Below are positions 12,562-22,407 of a stretch of DNA of 64,000 nt, in pieces. The first letter of the stretch is position 1. Every line of letters starts with the position of its first letter. The position numbers and the translations under genes were made by a program. The stretch is from Desulfomicrobium sp. (GTDB lineage Bacteria; Desulfobacterota; Desulfovibrionia; Desulfovibrionales; Desulfomicrobiaceae), in the NCBI GenBank assembly GCA_040768745.1, contig JAXGMI010000001.1, positions 1,792,001 to 1,856,000 of the forward strand, in the 5' to 3' direction. The notes beneath the pieces were generated by a model. That model saw only the letters and a program-made list of their open reading frames with translations. It was not told the DNA's origin and searched no databases.

Positions 12562-14016
12562 ATGCGCGAAGCCGATATATTCCCTGCCTACCGCGGGGAA
12601 ATGGAATATGTCTGTCTGGGTTGCCAGGCCAGGTATCCCATCGACGAACTGCATTACACATGTCCCAGCTGCAGAGGCGTGTTTCTGCTGGAAGACAAGC
12701 AGTCTGGGGAATTGGGTCGGACCAGCGGCCAGGGGTGGCGAAATATTTTTGATCTGCGGGCTGGGACCAAGAATCCTACCCTGCGCGGAATTTTTCGTTT
12801 TTATGAGCTGATGGCACCGGTCTTGGCCGAGGACGCCATCGTCTATCTGGGGGAGGGAAACACGCCCATCACCCGGTCCTCAACCGCTTTGGAACGGCTG
12901 GTCGGACAGCCCATGGCCTTCAAGAATGACGGCCAGAATCCCTCGGCATCATTCAAGGACCGGGGCATGGCCTGTGCGTTTTCGTATTTGAAGCATCTGG
13001 TGGCCAAGCACGAATGGGAGCACGTCATCACCATCTGCGCCTCCACAGGGGACACCTCGGCCGCAGCGGCCCTCTACGCCGCCTATGTTGGCGATCCGCT
13101 GAAGTCGGTTGTCCTTCTTCCCCAGGGCAAAGTCACGGCCCAGCAACTCTCTCAGCCCCTGGGGAGCGGCGCACGGGTACTGGAGATTCCGGGCGTTTTT
13201 GACGATTGCATGAAAGTGGTGGAGCACCTCGCCGATCACTACCGCGTGGCGCTGTTGAACTCCAAGAATGCCTGGCGGATTCTGGGACAGGAGAGCTACG
13301 CCTTTGAGGTGGCGCAATGGTATGACTGGGACATGTCCGGCAAGGTTGTGTTCGTCCCCATCGGAAACGCAGGCAACATCACGGCCATCATGAGCGGTTT
13401 TCTGAAACTGTTGCGCTTGAATATCATTGACCGTTTGCCGCGCATTATCGGAGTGCAGTCCGAACACGCCGATCCGGTCTTCCGCTATTATGCCCAGGAC
13501 AAAGATGCGCGCCGGTATGAAGCGGTGGCGGTCCGTCCGTCCGTGGCCCAGGCGGCCATGATCGGCAACCCCGTGTCGTTTCCCCGGGTAGCGTATCTGG
13601 CGGAGCAGTACGAGGCCCTGGGTGGATTCGGGTCCTTCCATGTGGTGCAGGTCAGCGAGCAGGGCATTATCGAGTCCATGCTCCTGGCCAACAGGCATGG
13701 ACACATTGCCTGTACCCAGGGCGGAGAGTGCCTGGCCGGGTTGTTCAAGGCCAAAGAGATGGGCCTGATGGATGCGAAGGAACTGGCCATTCTGGATGCC
13801 ACGGCCCATGCCCTCAAGTTCGCCGGTTTTCAGGACATGTATTTTCGCAATGCGTTTCCGGCCGAGTACGGGATTGTTCCAGACCAGGCTCTGGCCAACG
13901 TGCCCAGACTGGTCATCGCCCAGGACGCCAGGGCTACGCTGAGCGAGTCCGCATTCACGGTGCAAGCGGCGGAAAATGTGGTCGGGATTCTCGGATTGGA
14001 CAAAAAGATCGCGTGA
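12562..14016 (+). CDS. thrC: Threonine synthase
   Basis: NPSASFKDRGM PLP lysine, CASTGDTSAAAA, VPIGNAGNI. Confidence 0.92.
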   Translation: MREADIFPAYRGEMEYVCLGCQARYPIDELHYTCPSCRGVFLLEDKQSGELGRTSGQGWRNIFDLRAGTKNPTLRGIFRFYELMAPVLAEDAIVYLGEGNTPITRSSTALERLVGQPMAFKNDGQNPSASFKDRGMACAFSYLKHLVAKHEWEHVITICASTGDTSAAAALYAAYVGDPLKSVVLLPQGKVTAQQLSQPLGSGARVLEIPGVFDDCMKVVEHLADHYRVALLNSKNAWRILGQESYAFEVAQWYDWDMSGKVVFVPIGNAGNITAIMSGFLKLLRLNIIDRLPRIIGVQSEHADPVFRYYAQDKDARRYEAVAVRPSVAQAAMIGNPVSFPRVAYLAEQYEALGGFGSFHVVQVSEQGIIESMLLANRHGHIACTQGGECLAGLFKAKEMGLMDAKELAILDATAHALKFAGFQDMYFRNAFPAEYGIVPDQALANVPRLVIAQDARATLSESAFTVQAAENVVGILGLDKKIA

Positions 14017-14091
14017 TCTGTGCGTGGTGGGATTCGTTTTGGCCAGGCTGCTGCCTGGCCTTTTTTTTGCCCGCGGGCGGGGGGTGAGTGT

Positions 14092-14910
14092 TCAGATCAA
14101 GGGTCCGACGTGCCGTCCGATAATGGCTATGCCATGGCGGTCGGCAAAATCCACTGCCTTCTGCCGCTCAAAGAAGAGGGTCTGACCGGCCTCGATGGCC
14201 AAGACCCCTGCCCCGACCTCCGCCATGGTCTGAACTGTCTCCAGACCCACTGCAGGCAGGTCCAGGCGCCTGTCCTGGCCCGCCTTCGGACGCTTGACGA
14301 CCACGGCCCCAGGCCCGCCCAGGGTTCCCCCGCGGCGGATGGTGGCGTCGGTCCCTTCGATGGCCTCCACGGCCAGGACGATCCCTTCGCGGATGACGAG
14401 GCACTGTCCGATATCGAGGGATCCAAGCTGTTCGGCCACGGACCATCCCAGATCAATGTCCTGCTGTTCCCGCTTGTCTGGGGGACGTCTGGTGAGCAGC
14501 CCTGCCGGAGTGTGCATGTCCGGGGAGAAATGGTGAGGCCCCACAAGGAGCATGCCTTCCTTTTCCAGCTCCGCACCCACGGCCCGCAACAGTGCGTCGT
14601 CCCCGCGCGTACGCAGGGACAAAAGCAGCCGGGCGGCCCGCCAGTCCGGACGCAGGTCCAGGGCGCGTGGCTTGTTGATGGGGCCGGCCATGACTACATG
14701 CGTGACCCCGTGCTGGGTGAAAAAATCGACAAGCCGGCCCAGTTGTCCAAGTTTGAGCCAAATGAATTCGTCGCAATGATTGGGAAAGGAGGGGTCGGTG
14801 TCCGGTGCAAACCCGACACCGACGATCCGGGAGCCGAGACTGCGCGCATTGTCCGCGACAGTGGTGGGCAAAGAACCCCCGCCGGCAATGATGCCCAGAA
14901 CCGTGGCCAT
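14092..14910 (-). CDS. lpxI: UDP-2,3-diacylglucosamine diphosphatase LpxI
   Basis: LGIIAGGGSLP, DIGQC, AVEAIEGTDATI, QDRRLDLP; downstream of lpxA. Confidence 0.9.
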   Translation of the reverse strand: MATVLGIIAGGGSLPTTVADNARSLGSRIVGVGFAPDTDPSFPNHCDEFIWLKLGQLGRLVDFFTQHGVTHVVMAGPINKPRALDLRPDWRAARLLLSLRTRGDDALLRAVGAELEKEGMLLVGPHHFSPDMHTPAGLLTRRPPDKREQQDIDLGWSVAEQLGSLDIGQCLVIREGIVLAVEAIEGTDATIRRGGTLGGPGAVVVKRPKAGQDRRLDLPAVGLETVQTMAEVGAGVLAIEAGQTLFFERQKAVDFADRHGIAIIGRHVGPLI

Positions 14911-14917
14911 GTTCCGG

Positions 14918-15709
14918 TCAGATGCGCTCAGGCGTGATGGTGCCCCGCTTGCTCGACCGGATGAAATCGAGCAGCTTGATGACCTGCGGAAAATGCCCAA
15001 GTTCAGTCTCCGCCTGCTGCATGACCTCGTTGCGTTCCTGGTTGGATCGCCAGATCAGTTTGTACGCAGATTTCAGGGCGTGGATCTCCTCGGAGGAAAA
15101 ACCATGACGGCGCAGGCCAATGAGGTTCAGGCCGCGCAGGGTGGCCCGCTCGCCCACGGCCAGCATGTAGGGCGGGACGTCCTGTGCCACACCGGTTTTG
15201 CCGCCGATAAAGGCGAAATCGCCGATGTTCACGAACTGGTGCACTGCAGACAGCCCTCCGACCACGACCTCACTCCCCACGACAACATGTCCGGCCAGGG
15301 TGGCGGCGTTGGCCAGGACATTGTTGTTTCCCACGATGCAGTCATGGGCGATGTGGGAATAGGCCATCATCAGGTTGTCCGAGCCGACGCGGGTAACGCC
15401 GCCTCCACCTTCAGTGCCGCGATGGATGGTCGAAAATTCCCGGATCCTGTTGCGCTCCCCGATTTCGAGCCTGGTTTCCTCGCCATGGAATTTCAGATCC
15501 TGGGGCTCTCCGCCGACACAGGCCATGGAGTGCACATGGTTTTCCGCACCGAGGGAGGTGAACCGCTTGATCTGGGCGGCGGCGTCAACCACGCAACCGT
15601 CACCGATGCGTACGTCCTCCTCGATGATGACGTAGGGTCCGACCTGGACGCCGACTCCGAGGGATGCCTTGGGATGAACAACGGCAGTGGGATGGATGGT
15701 TGTCTGCAT
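14918..15709 (-). CDS. lpxA: UDP-GlcNAc O-acyltransferase
   Basis: IHPTAVV, PQDLKF, HIAHDC, hexapeptide repeats. Confidence 0.97.
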   Translation of the reverse strand: MQTTIHPTAVVHPKASLGVGVQVGPYVIIEEDVRIGDGCVVDAAAQIKRFTSLGAENHVHSMACVGGEPQDLKFHGEETRLEIGERNRIREFSTIHRGTEGGGGVTRVGSDNLMMAYSHIAHDCIVGNNNVLANAATLAGHVVVGSEVVVGGLSAVHQFVNIGDFAFIGGKTGVAQDVPPYMLAVGERATLRGLNLIGLRRHGFSSEEIHALKSAYKLIWRSNQERNEVMQQAETELGHFPQVIKLLDFIRSSKRGTITPERI

Positions 15710-16176
15710 CAGTCCTCCCGTGGCACGACTGAAGCGGTGAGAATGCCTTCGGCCACGACCTTGCCATCAACCATGGCCTTGCCGTTGGTCTTCCACATCA
15801 TCATTTTATGGCGTTCGTAGGTGACATGCAGGTGGAGCTGATCCCCCGGGAACACCGGACGCCTGAAGCGGACCTTTTCCATGCCCGTGAACAGGAATAT
15901 CCTGCCCACGGTGTCCTCGGGAGGCAAACTTTTGATGACCATGATCCCGCCTGCCTGAGCCAGGGCCTCCAGGATGAGCACTCCGGGCATGACCGGATAG
16001 GAGGGGAAGTGGCCCTGGAAAAAGGGTTCATTGATGGAGACGCTTTTGATGGCGTGGATGGATTTCATGGGTTCGAACGAGAGAACCCTGTCCACCAGGA
16101 GGAAGGGATAGCGGTGTGGGAGCAGGTCCAGGATGTCCCGGCTGACTATTTCACCGGATTCAGGTTTGGTGAGCAT
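15709..16176 (-). CDS. fabZ: 3-hydroxyacyl-ACP dehydratase
   Basis: LPHRYPFLLVDRV, FFQGHFP, MPGVLILEALAQ. Confidence 0.97.
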   Translation of the reverse strand: MLTKPESGEIVSRDILDLLPHRYPFLLVDRVLSFEPMKSIHAIKSVSINEPFFQGHFPSYPVMPGVLILEALAQAGGIMVIKSLPPEDTVGRIFLFTGMEKVRFRRPVFPGDQLHLHVTYERHKMMMWKTNGKAMVDGKVVAEGILTASVVPRED

Positions 16177-16183
16177 AGCTTCC

Positions 16184-17209
16184 TCATTTGTTGGCAAGTT
16201 CTTCCCGCAGGGAGGCCAGTTCCTTTTCCAGTTTGGAGAGGCGACGCTTCATTTCCGGCAGCTTGGGCATGATGGTCGATGCCCGCAGGTAGGTTCCGTG
16301 GGGCATGGCTGGAATCCCGCTCATATCCTGCTTTGGCGGCACGTCCTGACCCACTCCGGATTTGGCGCCGATGCGGCATCCGTCACCCAGGTGGATGTGA
16401 CCGGCGATGCCGGCCTGGCCAGCCAGGATGACGCCATCGCCCAAACTCGACGAACCGGCGATGCCGACCTGGGCCACCAGGATGCAGTTGCGTCCGACCC
16501 GGACATTGTGTCCGAGCTGGACCAGGTTGTCGATCTTCGTGCCCTGCCCAACCCGTGTTTCCCCGAGAGCCGCGCGATCGATGGTCGTATTGGCCCCGAC
16601 CTCCACGTCATCCTCGATGACGGTGCGCCCGATCTGGGGAAATTTCAGCATTCCTCCCGCGGCCTGGGCGAAACCGAACCCGTCGCTGCCCAGCACCACG
16701 CCGGCATGCAGGATGACCCTTTGCCCGATGCGGACTCCTGCCATGAGGGTGCAATTGGGGTAGATGACGGCGTCATCGCCGATGAGACAATCTTCGCCCA
16801 CGTAGGTGCCGCTGAAGATCTGCACGTTCTTGCCGACGATGGCGCCCGGGCCGATATAGACAAAGGGATAGATCGTGGCAGTGGGATCGATCCTGGCCTC
16901 GGGATGGACAAAGGCCATCTCGCTCACCCCGCTGAAGCTGCCCTGGGCCTTGGCAAAAAGCTGCACGCAGCGGGCAAAGTCCAGATAGGGGTTCGGGCTG
17001 ATCAGGCATGATCTGTCCGCTGGCGCCTGCTCCTCGGACACGACCAGAGCGCCGGCCCTGGTCGTCGCCAGCTGGGCCGCGTACTTGGGGTTGGCCAGAA
17101 AGGACAACTCCGACGGCGCTGCCTCGGCCAGGGTGTTCACACCCGTGATTTCCTGATCCGCACCGCGCTGGGGCAGATTCAGCTGGGTTGCGATTTCGGA
17201 AAGAAGCAT
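16184..17209 (-). CDS. lpxD: UDP-3-O-acylglucosamine N-acyltransferase
   Basis: LSFLANPKY, GSDGFGF, TKIDNLVQLGHNV. Confidence 0.97.
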   Translation of the reverse strand: MLLSEIATQLNLPQRGADQEITGVNTLAEAAPSELSFLANPKYAAQLATTRAGALVVSEEQAPADRSCLISPNPYLDFARCVQLFAKAQGSFSGVSEMAFVHPEARIDPTATIYPFVYIGPGAIVGKNVQIFSGTYVGEDCLIGDDAVIYPNCTLMAGVRIGQRVILHAGVVLGSDGFGFAQAAGGMLKFPQIGRTVIEDDVEVGANTTIDRAALGETRVGQGTKIDNLVQLGHNVRVGRNCILVAQVGIAGSSSLGDGVILAGQAGIAGHIHLGDGCRIGAKSGVGQDVPPKQDMSGIPAMPHGTYLRASTIMPKLPEMKRRLSKLEKELASLREELANK

Positions 17210-17220
17210 CGGAGGTCCTG

Positions 17221-17736
17221 CTATTTGCCGCGCATGGCCTTGTTCAGTTCGGCGATAATGGCGTTGGTGATGTCCGCACCATCCTGGTGGAACACAGTGC
17301 CGCTGGCCTGCTTGTCGAAGATGGCGGTATACCCGTTTTGGTTCCCGTAGTTCTGGACCACTTCAATGAGCTTTTCGATGATGGGCTTGGACAGGTTCTG
17401 CTCAGCCTGCTGCAGTTTGCGCTGGTAGTTCTGGCCCATGTCCTGGAAATCCCGGACCTTGCGCTTGTACTGGGCCTCCTTGTCCAGTTTGGCCTCCTGG
17501 CTGAGCATCATGGACTGTTTCTGCAGTTCGTCTTTCAGGGTGTCCAGGGACTTTTTCTGGGCATCCAGATTGTCCTTCATGTCCTTGAACTGCGTCTTGA
17601 GCTGTTCCATGGCCTTGCTGCCCGGTTCGGACTTGGCGATGACCGCCTTCATGTCCACGAAGCCGAGCTTGGTTTCGGCGGAGGCCGTCAGGCTGCAGCA
17701 CAGAATGCAAAGGATCGCAATGATGATTGAACGCAT
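17221..17736 (-). CDS. skp: Skp/OmpH periplasmic chaperone
   Basis: Signal peptide, KLGFVDM, coiled coil, DIT C-terminus; lies between bamA and lpxD. Confidence 0.9.
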   Translation of the reverse strand: MRSIIIAILCILCCSLTASAETKLGFVDMKAVIAKSEPGSKAMEQLKTQFKDMKDNLDAQKKSLDTLKDELQKQSMMLSQEAKLDKEAQYKRKVRDFQDMGQNYQRKLQQAEQNLSKPIIEKLIEVVQNYGNQNGYTAIFDKQASGTVFHQDGADITNAIIAELNKAMRGK

Positions 17737-17773
17737 GAAAATCTCCTTACCTTATATTTTTGTGTGTTCGATT

Positions 17774-20464
17774 TCAGAAAAACTGTCCAACGGAAAACTC
17801 AAACCGGCCTTTCCTGTCTTCGTTGGTTTCCACATCGTCCAGAGGGTATCCGTACTCCAGCCGCAGCGGCCCCAGAGGAGAGTACCAGCGGACGCCCGCC
17901 CCGACGCTTTTGCAGAGTTCGAAGTCGATGGACTGGTCGTCGTCCCAGACGTTGCCGGCATCGAAAAAGACCAGGCCCATGATGCCCATTTCCTTGTGCA
18001 GGGGGACGAGATATTCGACGTTGAAGAAGAAGCTCTTGTCGCCGCCCTTCTCGTCGCCCTCCTCATAGCCCTGCTGCCCTTCCTGCGGGTCGTAGACAGG
18101 TGAGATGGACCGCTCCTTGTACCCGCGCACGGAATTCATGCCGCCGAGATAGAAGCGCTCGAACGGCGGGATCCGTTCGCTGGTGTTCTTCATCACGTAT
18201 CCAGCCTGGGCATGCAGGTGCAGGATGGTTTCCAGCAGTACGGGGTAGTAGTGGTTCGCGTCGGCAATGTATTTGATGAAGTCGTCGTCGCCGCCCAGGA
18301 TGCCTCCGCCGTATTCCACCGAGAACTGGTGGGTGTTGCCCCTGCTCGGGTTGATGCGCCTGTCCGTGGTGTCTCTCTTGATGGACGCATACAACGCGCT
18401 GGCCCAGTTGTGGCCTTCAATGTCCTTGATGACCTTGTCCGCGTCGTCGTCCACGTCTTCGATGGTGTATCGTTCCAGACGGTAGTTCCAGGACAGGTTG
18501 GTGTATTCTCCCAGGGGGTAGCCGAAAAGGAGCTTCCCGCCCATGGCCTGCTTGTCGTAGTCGGAATACTCGCTGATGGTGTTGTAAAGGCTCAGGCCCA
18601 TGCCCAGATTCGTATCGTTGTAGTGGGGGTTCCAGAACGTGGTGGTGTAGTCGGAGGACTTGGCGCTGACGGTGCCCCGGAAGCCGAGCTGGTAGCCCAT
18701 GCCGAAGAGGTTGCGCTCCAGGACCTGGCCTGAGAAAAACACCTGCGAGTAGCTGGAATACCCCACGCCAGCGGAGAATTCGCCGGTGGGCTTTTCCTTG
18801 ACCCTGACCCGCAGGTTGAGATTTTCCGGGCTTCCGGTGGGTTCGGGGGTGATGTCCACGGTGTCGAAGAAATCAAGCTTGGTCAGCCTGGTGTTCGATC
18901 TGCGCAGGAGACTTCCGCTGTACAGATCCCCGTCGGCCATGCGCATTTCGCGGCGGATGACGTTGTCCCTGGTCTTGCTGTTCCCCTCGATGAGCACCCT
19001 GTTGATGGATACCTTGGTTCCTTTGGACAGAAGGTAGGTGATTCCGAGGGATTTGTCGTCTTCGTTGCGGGCGATCTTCACGTCCGCCTCGGCAAAGGCA
19101 TAGCCGAAGTTCGAATAGTGTTCAGCCAGCTTTTGCAGATCCGACCGCATGACGGAACGATCGAAGAAGCCTTTGGATTTGGCCACATCATCCAGGGCGA
19201 CCACGGAGTTCAGGTCATCGGGATGGCTGATCATCTCCCCGCTGAAGTCCACGGATTGCACCTTGTAGCGGGCTCCTTCCTCCACCTGGAAGGTGACGGT
19301 GATGCCCTTGTCCGTGAAGCTGACCACGGGCTGGCCGACCTTGGCGTTCAAGAAGCCGCGGTTTCCGTAATAGGCCTCCAGGGCCGCCGCGTCGCGGTCC
19401 AGTATTTCCTCGCGCAGGATGCCTGATCCGGTCATCCACGAGAACATGCCTCGTTCGGACAGGGCCAACTGGTCTTTCAGGTCGTCCGAATCAAGTTGTT
19501 TGGCGCCTTGGATGACGATATCCGTCACGTAGAGCTTGTTCCCTTCATTGATCACGATGTTCAGTCGGGCCCGCTTGGCATCGGCCTGTTCCAGCCGATA
19601 GTCCACTGTGGCGTTGAAGTAGCCGTCCTTGCGGTACAATTCCCGTATTTTGCCCATATCATCGGCCAGCACGCGAGGATTCAGCACGGCCCCTGTTTTG
19701 GTCGAAATGGCCGCCAGAATGTCTTCGGCGTCCAGCTCCTGCGCCCCTTCCACGTTGATGGCCTGGATCAGGGGTTTTTCCTTGACATTGATGATCAGGC
19801 GCTTGCCGTCGGACACCTCTTCCATGGAGATGGTGATGTCATCGAAATAGCCGAGGCCGTAAAGGTTTTTGAGTTCCGCGTTGATCACCTTGGGATCGTA
19901 GGCATCCCCTGGCTGAACCTTGAGACGCATGAGAACCACATCGTCGTCGAGGATCTCGTTTCCCTGTACATCGATGGAAGCGATGCGGTCCTGCCGGCCG
20001 ATGCCGATTTTGATCTTGGCCGCCGTCTCCTCGACCGCCGGAAGGAGGTTGATGACTCCTTCCTTGACCACGAAGAAAGGCTTGGGTTCCTTGATGCCAT
20101 AGGCCTCCACCAGCCGGGTGTCCAGGCTGATGGTTTCACCCACCTGACTGAAGCTGCCGTAGACGGCGTACCCGGCGCCGGCAAGCAGGGCCATTTCCTT
20201 GGCCACGGCCAGATCGAGAAATTCAACCCGGTGCTCCTGCAGCAGTTTCACCGCCTGTTCGGGAGGGAGAACCTCCAGGCCCATGGAAACGAGCCGGTCA
20301 TGCAGCAACTTGGGCAGGCTCTCTTCCAGATAGGCCAGATTGGGGCCCGCGTTGACTGCAAAGGGCAGCACAATGACCTTGGTGTTGGTCTCCGCCGGAG
20401 CGGTGGAGACGGCGCAAAAAAGAAGGAGACCAAGGACAAGACACAGGAACGGGCTATGTTTCAT
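17774..20464 (-). CDS. bamA: Outer membrane protein assembly factor BamA with extra N-terminal domain
   Basis: POTRA repeats (GNSKTRDNVIRRE), VRGY motif, SPLGPLRLEYG, terminal Phe. Confidence 0.95.
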   Translation of the reverse strand: MKHSPFLCLVLGLLLFCAVSTAPAETNTKVIVLPFAVNAGPNLAYLEESLPKLLHDRLVSMGLEVLPPEQAVKLLQEHRVEFLDLAVAKEMALLAGAGYAVYGSFSQVGETISLDTRLVEAYGIKEPKPFFVVKEGVINLLPAVEETAAKIKIGIGRQDRIASIDVQGNEILDDDVVLMRLKVQPGDAYDPKVINAELKNLYGLGYFDDITISMEEVSDGKRLIINVKEKPLIQAINVEGAQELDAEDILAAISTKTGAVLNPRVLADDMGKIRELYRKDGYFNATVDYRLEQADAKRARLNIVINEGNKLYVTDIVIQGAKQLDSDDLKDQLALSERGMFSWMTGSGILREEILDRDAAALEAYYGNRGFLNAKVGQPVVSFTDKGITVTFQVEEGARYKVQSVDFSGEMISHPDDLNSVVALDDVAKSKGFFDRSVMRSDLQKLAEHYSNFGYAFAEADVKIARNEDDKSLGITYLLSKGTKVSINRVLIEGNSKTRDNVIRREMRMADGDLYSGSLLRRSNTRLTKLDFFDTVDITPEPTGSPENLNLRVRVKEKPTGEFSAGVGYSSYSQVFFSGQVLERNLFGMGYQLGFRGTVSAKSSDYTTTFWNPHYNDTNLGMGLSLYNTISEYSDYDKQAMGGKLLFGYPLGEYTNLSWNYRLERYTIEDVDDDADKVIKDIEGHNWASALYASIKRDTTDRRINPSRGNTHQFSVEYGGGILGGDDDFIKYIADANHYYPVLLETILHLHAQAGYVMKNTSERIPPFERFYLGGMNSVRGYKERSISPVYDPQEGQQGYEEGDEKGGDKSFFFNVEYLVPLHKEMGIMGLVFFDAGNVWDDDQSIDFELCKSVGAGVRWYSPLGPLRLEYGYPLDDVETNEDRKGRFEFSVGQFF

Positions 20465-21131
20465 ACAGTTCTCCGGAACGAAGCTCCAGGGTGCGGTACA
20501 TGCACTGAGCAAGTTCTGTATTGTGGGTCACGACGATCAGGGTCACGCCCTGGACCTTGTTCAATTCCATTATGAGTGCATTGATTTCTCGGCCAGTGCG
20601 TTCATCGAGGTTGCCTGTGGGTTCGTCAGCCAGGATGACCTTGGGCTCAAGGAGGATGGCGCGGGCAATGGCCGCACGTTGTCTTTCCCCTCCGGACAGG
20701 GTGGTTACCCTGTGATGGAGCCTGTGCGCAAGTCCCACGCGCGTCAAGGCCGCGTCGGCCATATCCAGGGCCTGCCGCTGGGACATGCCGCCGATGATGC
20801 CCGGCATGGCCACATTTTCGCGGGTCGAGAACTCGGGCAGGAGGTGGTGGAACTGGAAGACGAAGCCGATGTTTATGTTGCGGATCCGGGCCCGATCCTT
20901 CCAGCCCAGTGTGGAGATGTCCACCCCGTTGAAGAAGATGGATCCCGAGGACGGAACGTCCAGGGTGCCCATGATTTGCAGGAGGGTGGTTTTCCCGGAT
21001 CCAGAGGCCCCGACAATGGCCACGGATTCGCCCTGGGCAATTTCCAGGTCGATGTCGCGCAGTACGGTCAAGGTCTCCTCTCCCTGGATATAGGTCTTGC
21101 CGATCCGTTCCAGGCGGTAGACGCTATTCAT
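20454..21131 (-). CDS. lolD: Lipoprotein-releasing ABC ATPase
   Basis: [25 protein letters not shown]; coupled to lolC/E. Confidence 0.9.
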   Translation of the reverse strand: MNSVYRLERIGKTYIQGEETLTVLRDIDLEIAQGESVAIVGASGSGKTTLLQIMGTLDVPSSGSIFFNGVDISTLGWKDRARIRNINIGFVFQFHHLLPEFSTRENVAMPGIIGGMSQRQALDMADAALTRVGLAHRLHHRVTTLSGGERQRAAIARAILLEPKVILADEPTGNLDERTGREINALIMELNKVQGVTLIVVTHNTELAQCMYRTLELRSGELYET

Positions 21132-22353
21132 AGCGCAGGGCCTCGGTGGGGAGCATTTTGGCCGCCTGTCTGGCCGGATAGAGGGTGGCCAGGAAACACA
21201 GGGCCATGGCCGCCAGGGCGATGCAGGACATGTCCCACAGCTCGATCCTCACCGGCAGGTGGTCCAGATAGTACACGTCGGCAGGGAGCTTGATGAATTG
21301 ATATTTTTTGAGCAGCGAGCAGATGGCGAGCCCCAGGCAGAAGCCGCTGGTCGTGCCCACGGCCCCGATGAGCGAGCCCTGGAGAATGAAGATGTTCCGG
21401 ATCTGGAGGGTTGTGGCGCCCAGGGCCATGAGCACGGCGATGTCCTTGGTTTTTTCCATGACCATCATGACCAGGGTGGTGATGATGGAAAAGGATCCGA
21501 CCAGCACGATCATGATCAGGATGACGGCCATGGCTGTTTTTTCGAGCTTCAGGGCTGCAAAGAGGTTCTGGTTCATCTCGATCCAGTTCCTGGCGTAGAA
21601 AGGAAAGCCGCCCAGGGCCCGGACCAGGAGATCGCCTGTCTCCTGGACATTGTCGATGTCCTTCACCCGGTACTCGATGCCCGTGACGAAATCGCCTTCA
21701 AAACCCAGAATCTTCTGGGCCTCGGGGATGGATACGAAGGCCAGGGAAGAGTCATACTCGAACATCCCGGAATGAAAGATGCCAACCACGTTGAAAAAGG
21801 CGATTTTGGGCGAGAAGCCGGCTGCGGACTTCTTGCCGCTGGGCGAGAGCAGGCTGACCCGGCTGCCCAGGGTCAGGCCGAGACGCATGGCCAGTTCCTT
21901 GCCAATGACGATGCCCGGGGTATCGTCAGTCAGGGCGAGGTCCGTGAGGGAGCCGGCGATAATGTCTTTTTCCACGGACAATACCGTGCCGGCGGTGCGC
22001 GGGTCGATGCCGCGCAGCACCACGCCCTTCACCCCGGTGGGAGTGGAGAGCATGACCTCGTAGTAGATGAAGGGGGTTGCGGCCACGATGCCGTCGGTCT
22101 GCAGGCTTTTGTGGACCAGGCGGTCGTAGTCCCCGAGGGTCTGTTTCACCGAGCCCAGAATGAGGTGGGAGTTCAGTCCCAGAATCTTGTCCCGCAGGTT
22201 CTCGCTGAATCCGTTCATGACCCCCAGGACCACGATGAGGGAGGCCACGCCGATGGCCACGCCCAGCACGGATATGAGGGAGATGACGGAAATGAAGGCC
22301 TGCTTGCGCCGGGCCAGAAGGTATCGCAGGGAAACAAACAGTTCGAAGTGCAT
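21124..22353 (-). CDS. lolE: Lipoprotein-releasing ABC permease LolC/E family
   Basis: LRYLLARRKQAFISVIS, VMNGF, ALKLEK, YPARQAA...EALRYE. Confidence 0.9.
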   Translation of the reverse strand: MHFELFVSLRYLLARRKQAFISVISLISVLGVAIGVASLIVVLGVMNGFSENLRDKILGLNSHLILGSVKQTLGDYDRLVHKSLQTDGIVAATPFIYYEVMLSTPTGVKGVVLRGIDPRTAGTVLSVEKDIIAGSLTDLALTDDTPGIVIGKELAMRLGLTLGSRVSLLSPSGKKSAAGFSPKIAFFNVVGIFHSGMFEYDSSLAFVSIPEAQKILGFEGDFVTGIEYRVKDIDNVQETGDLLVRALGGFPFYARNWIEMNQNLFAALKLEKTAMAVILIMIVLVGSFSIITTLVMMVMEKTKDIAVLMALGATTLQIRNIFILQGSLIGAVGTTSGFCLGLAICSLLKKYQFIKLPADVYYLDHLPVRIELWDMSCIALAAMALCFLATLYPARQAAKMLPTEALRYE

Positions 22354-22407
22354 GATTGTCTCTGTGGGAGGGATTGAGCCGGCCATAAAGGGCCCGGCGC
22401 AATGCCT

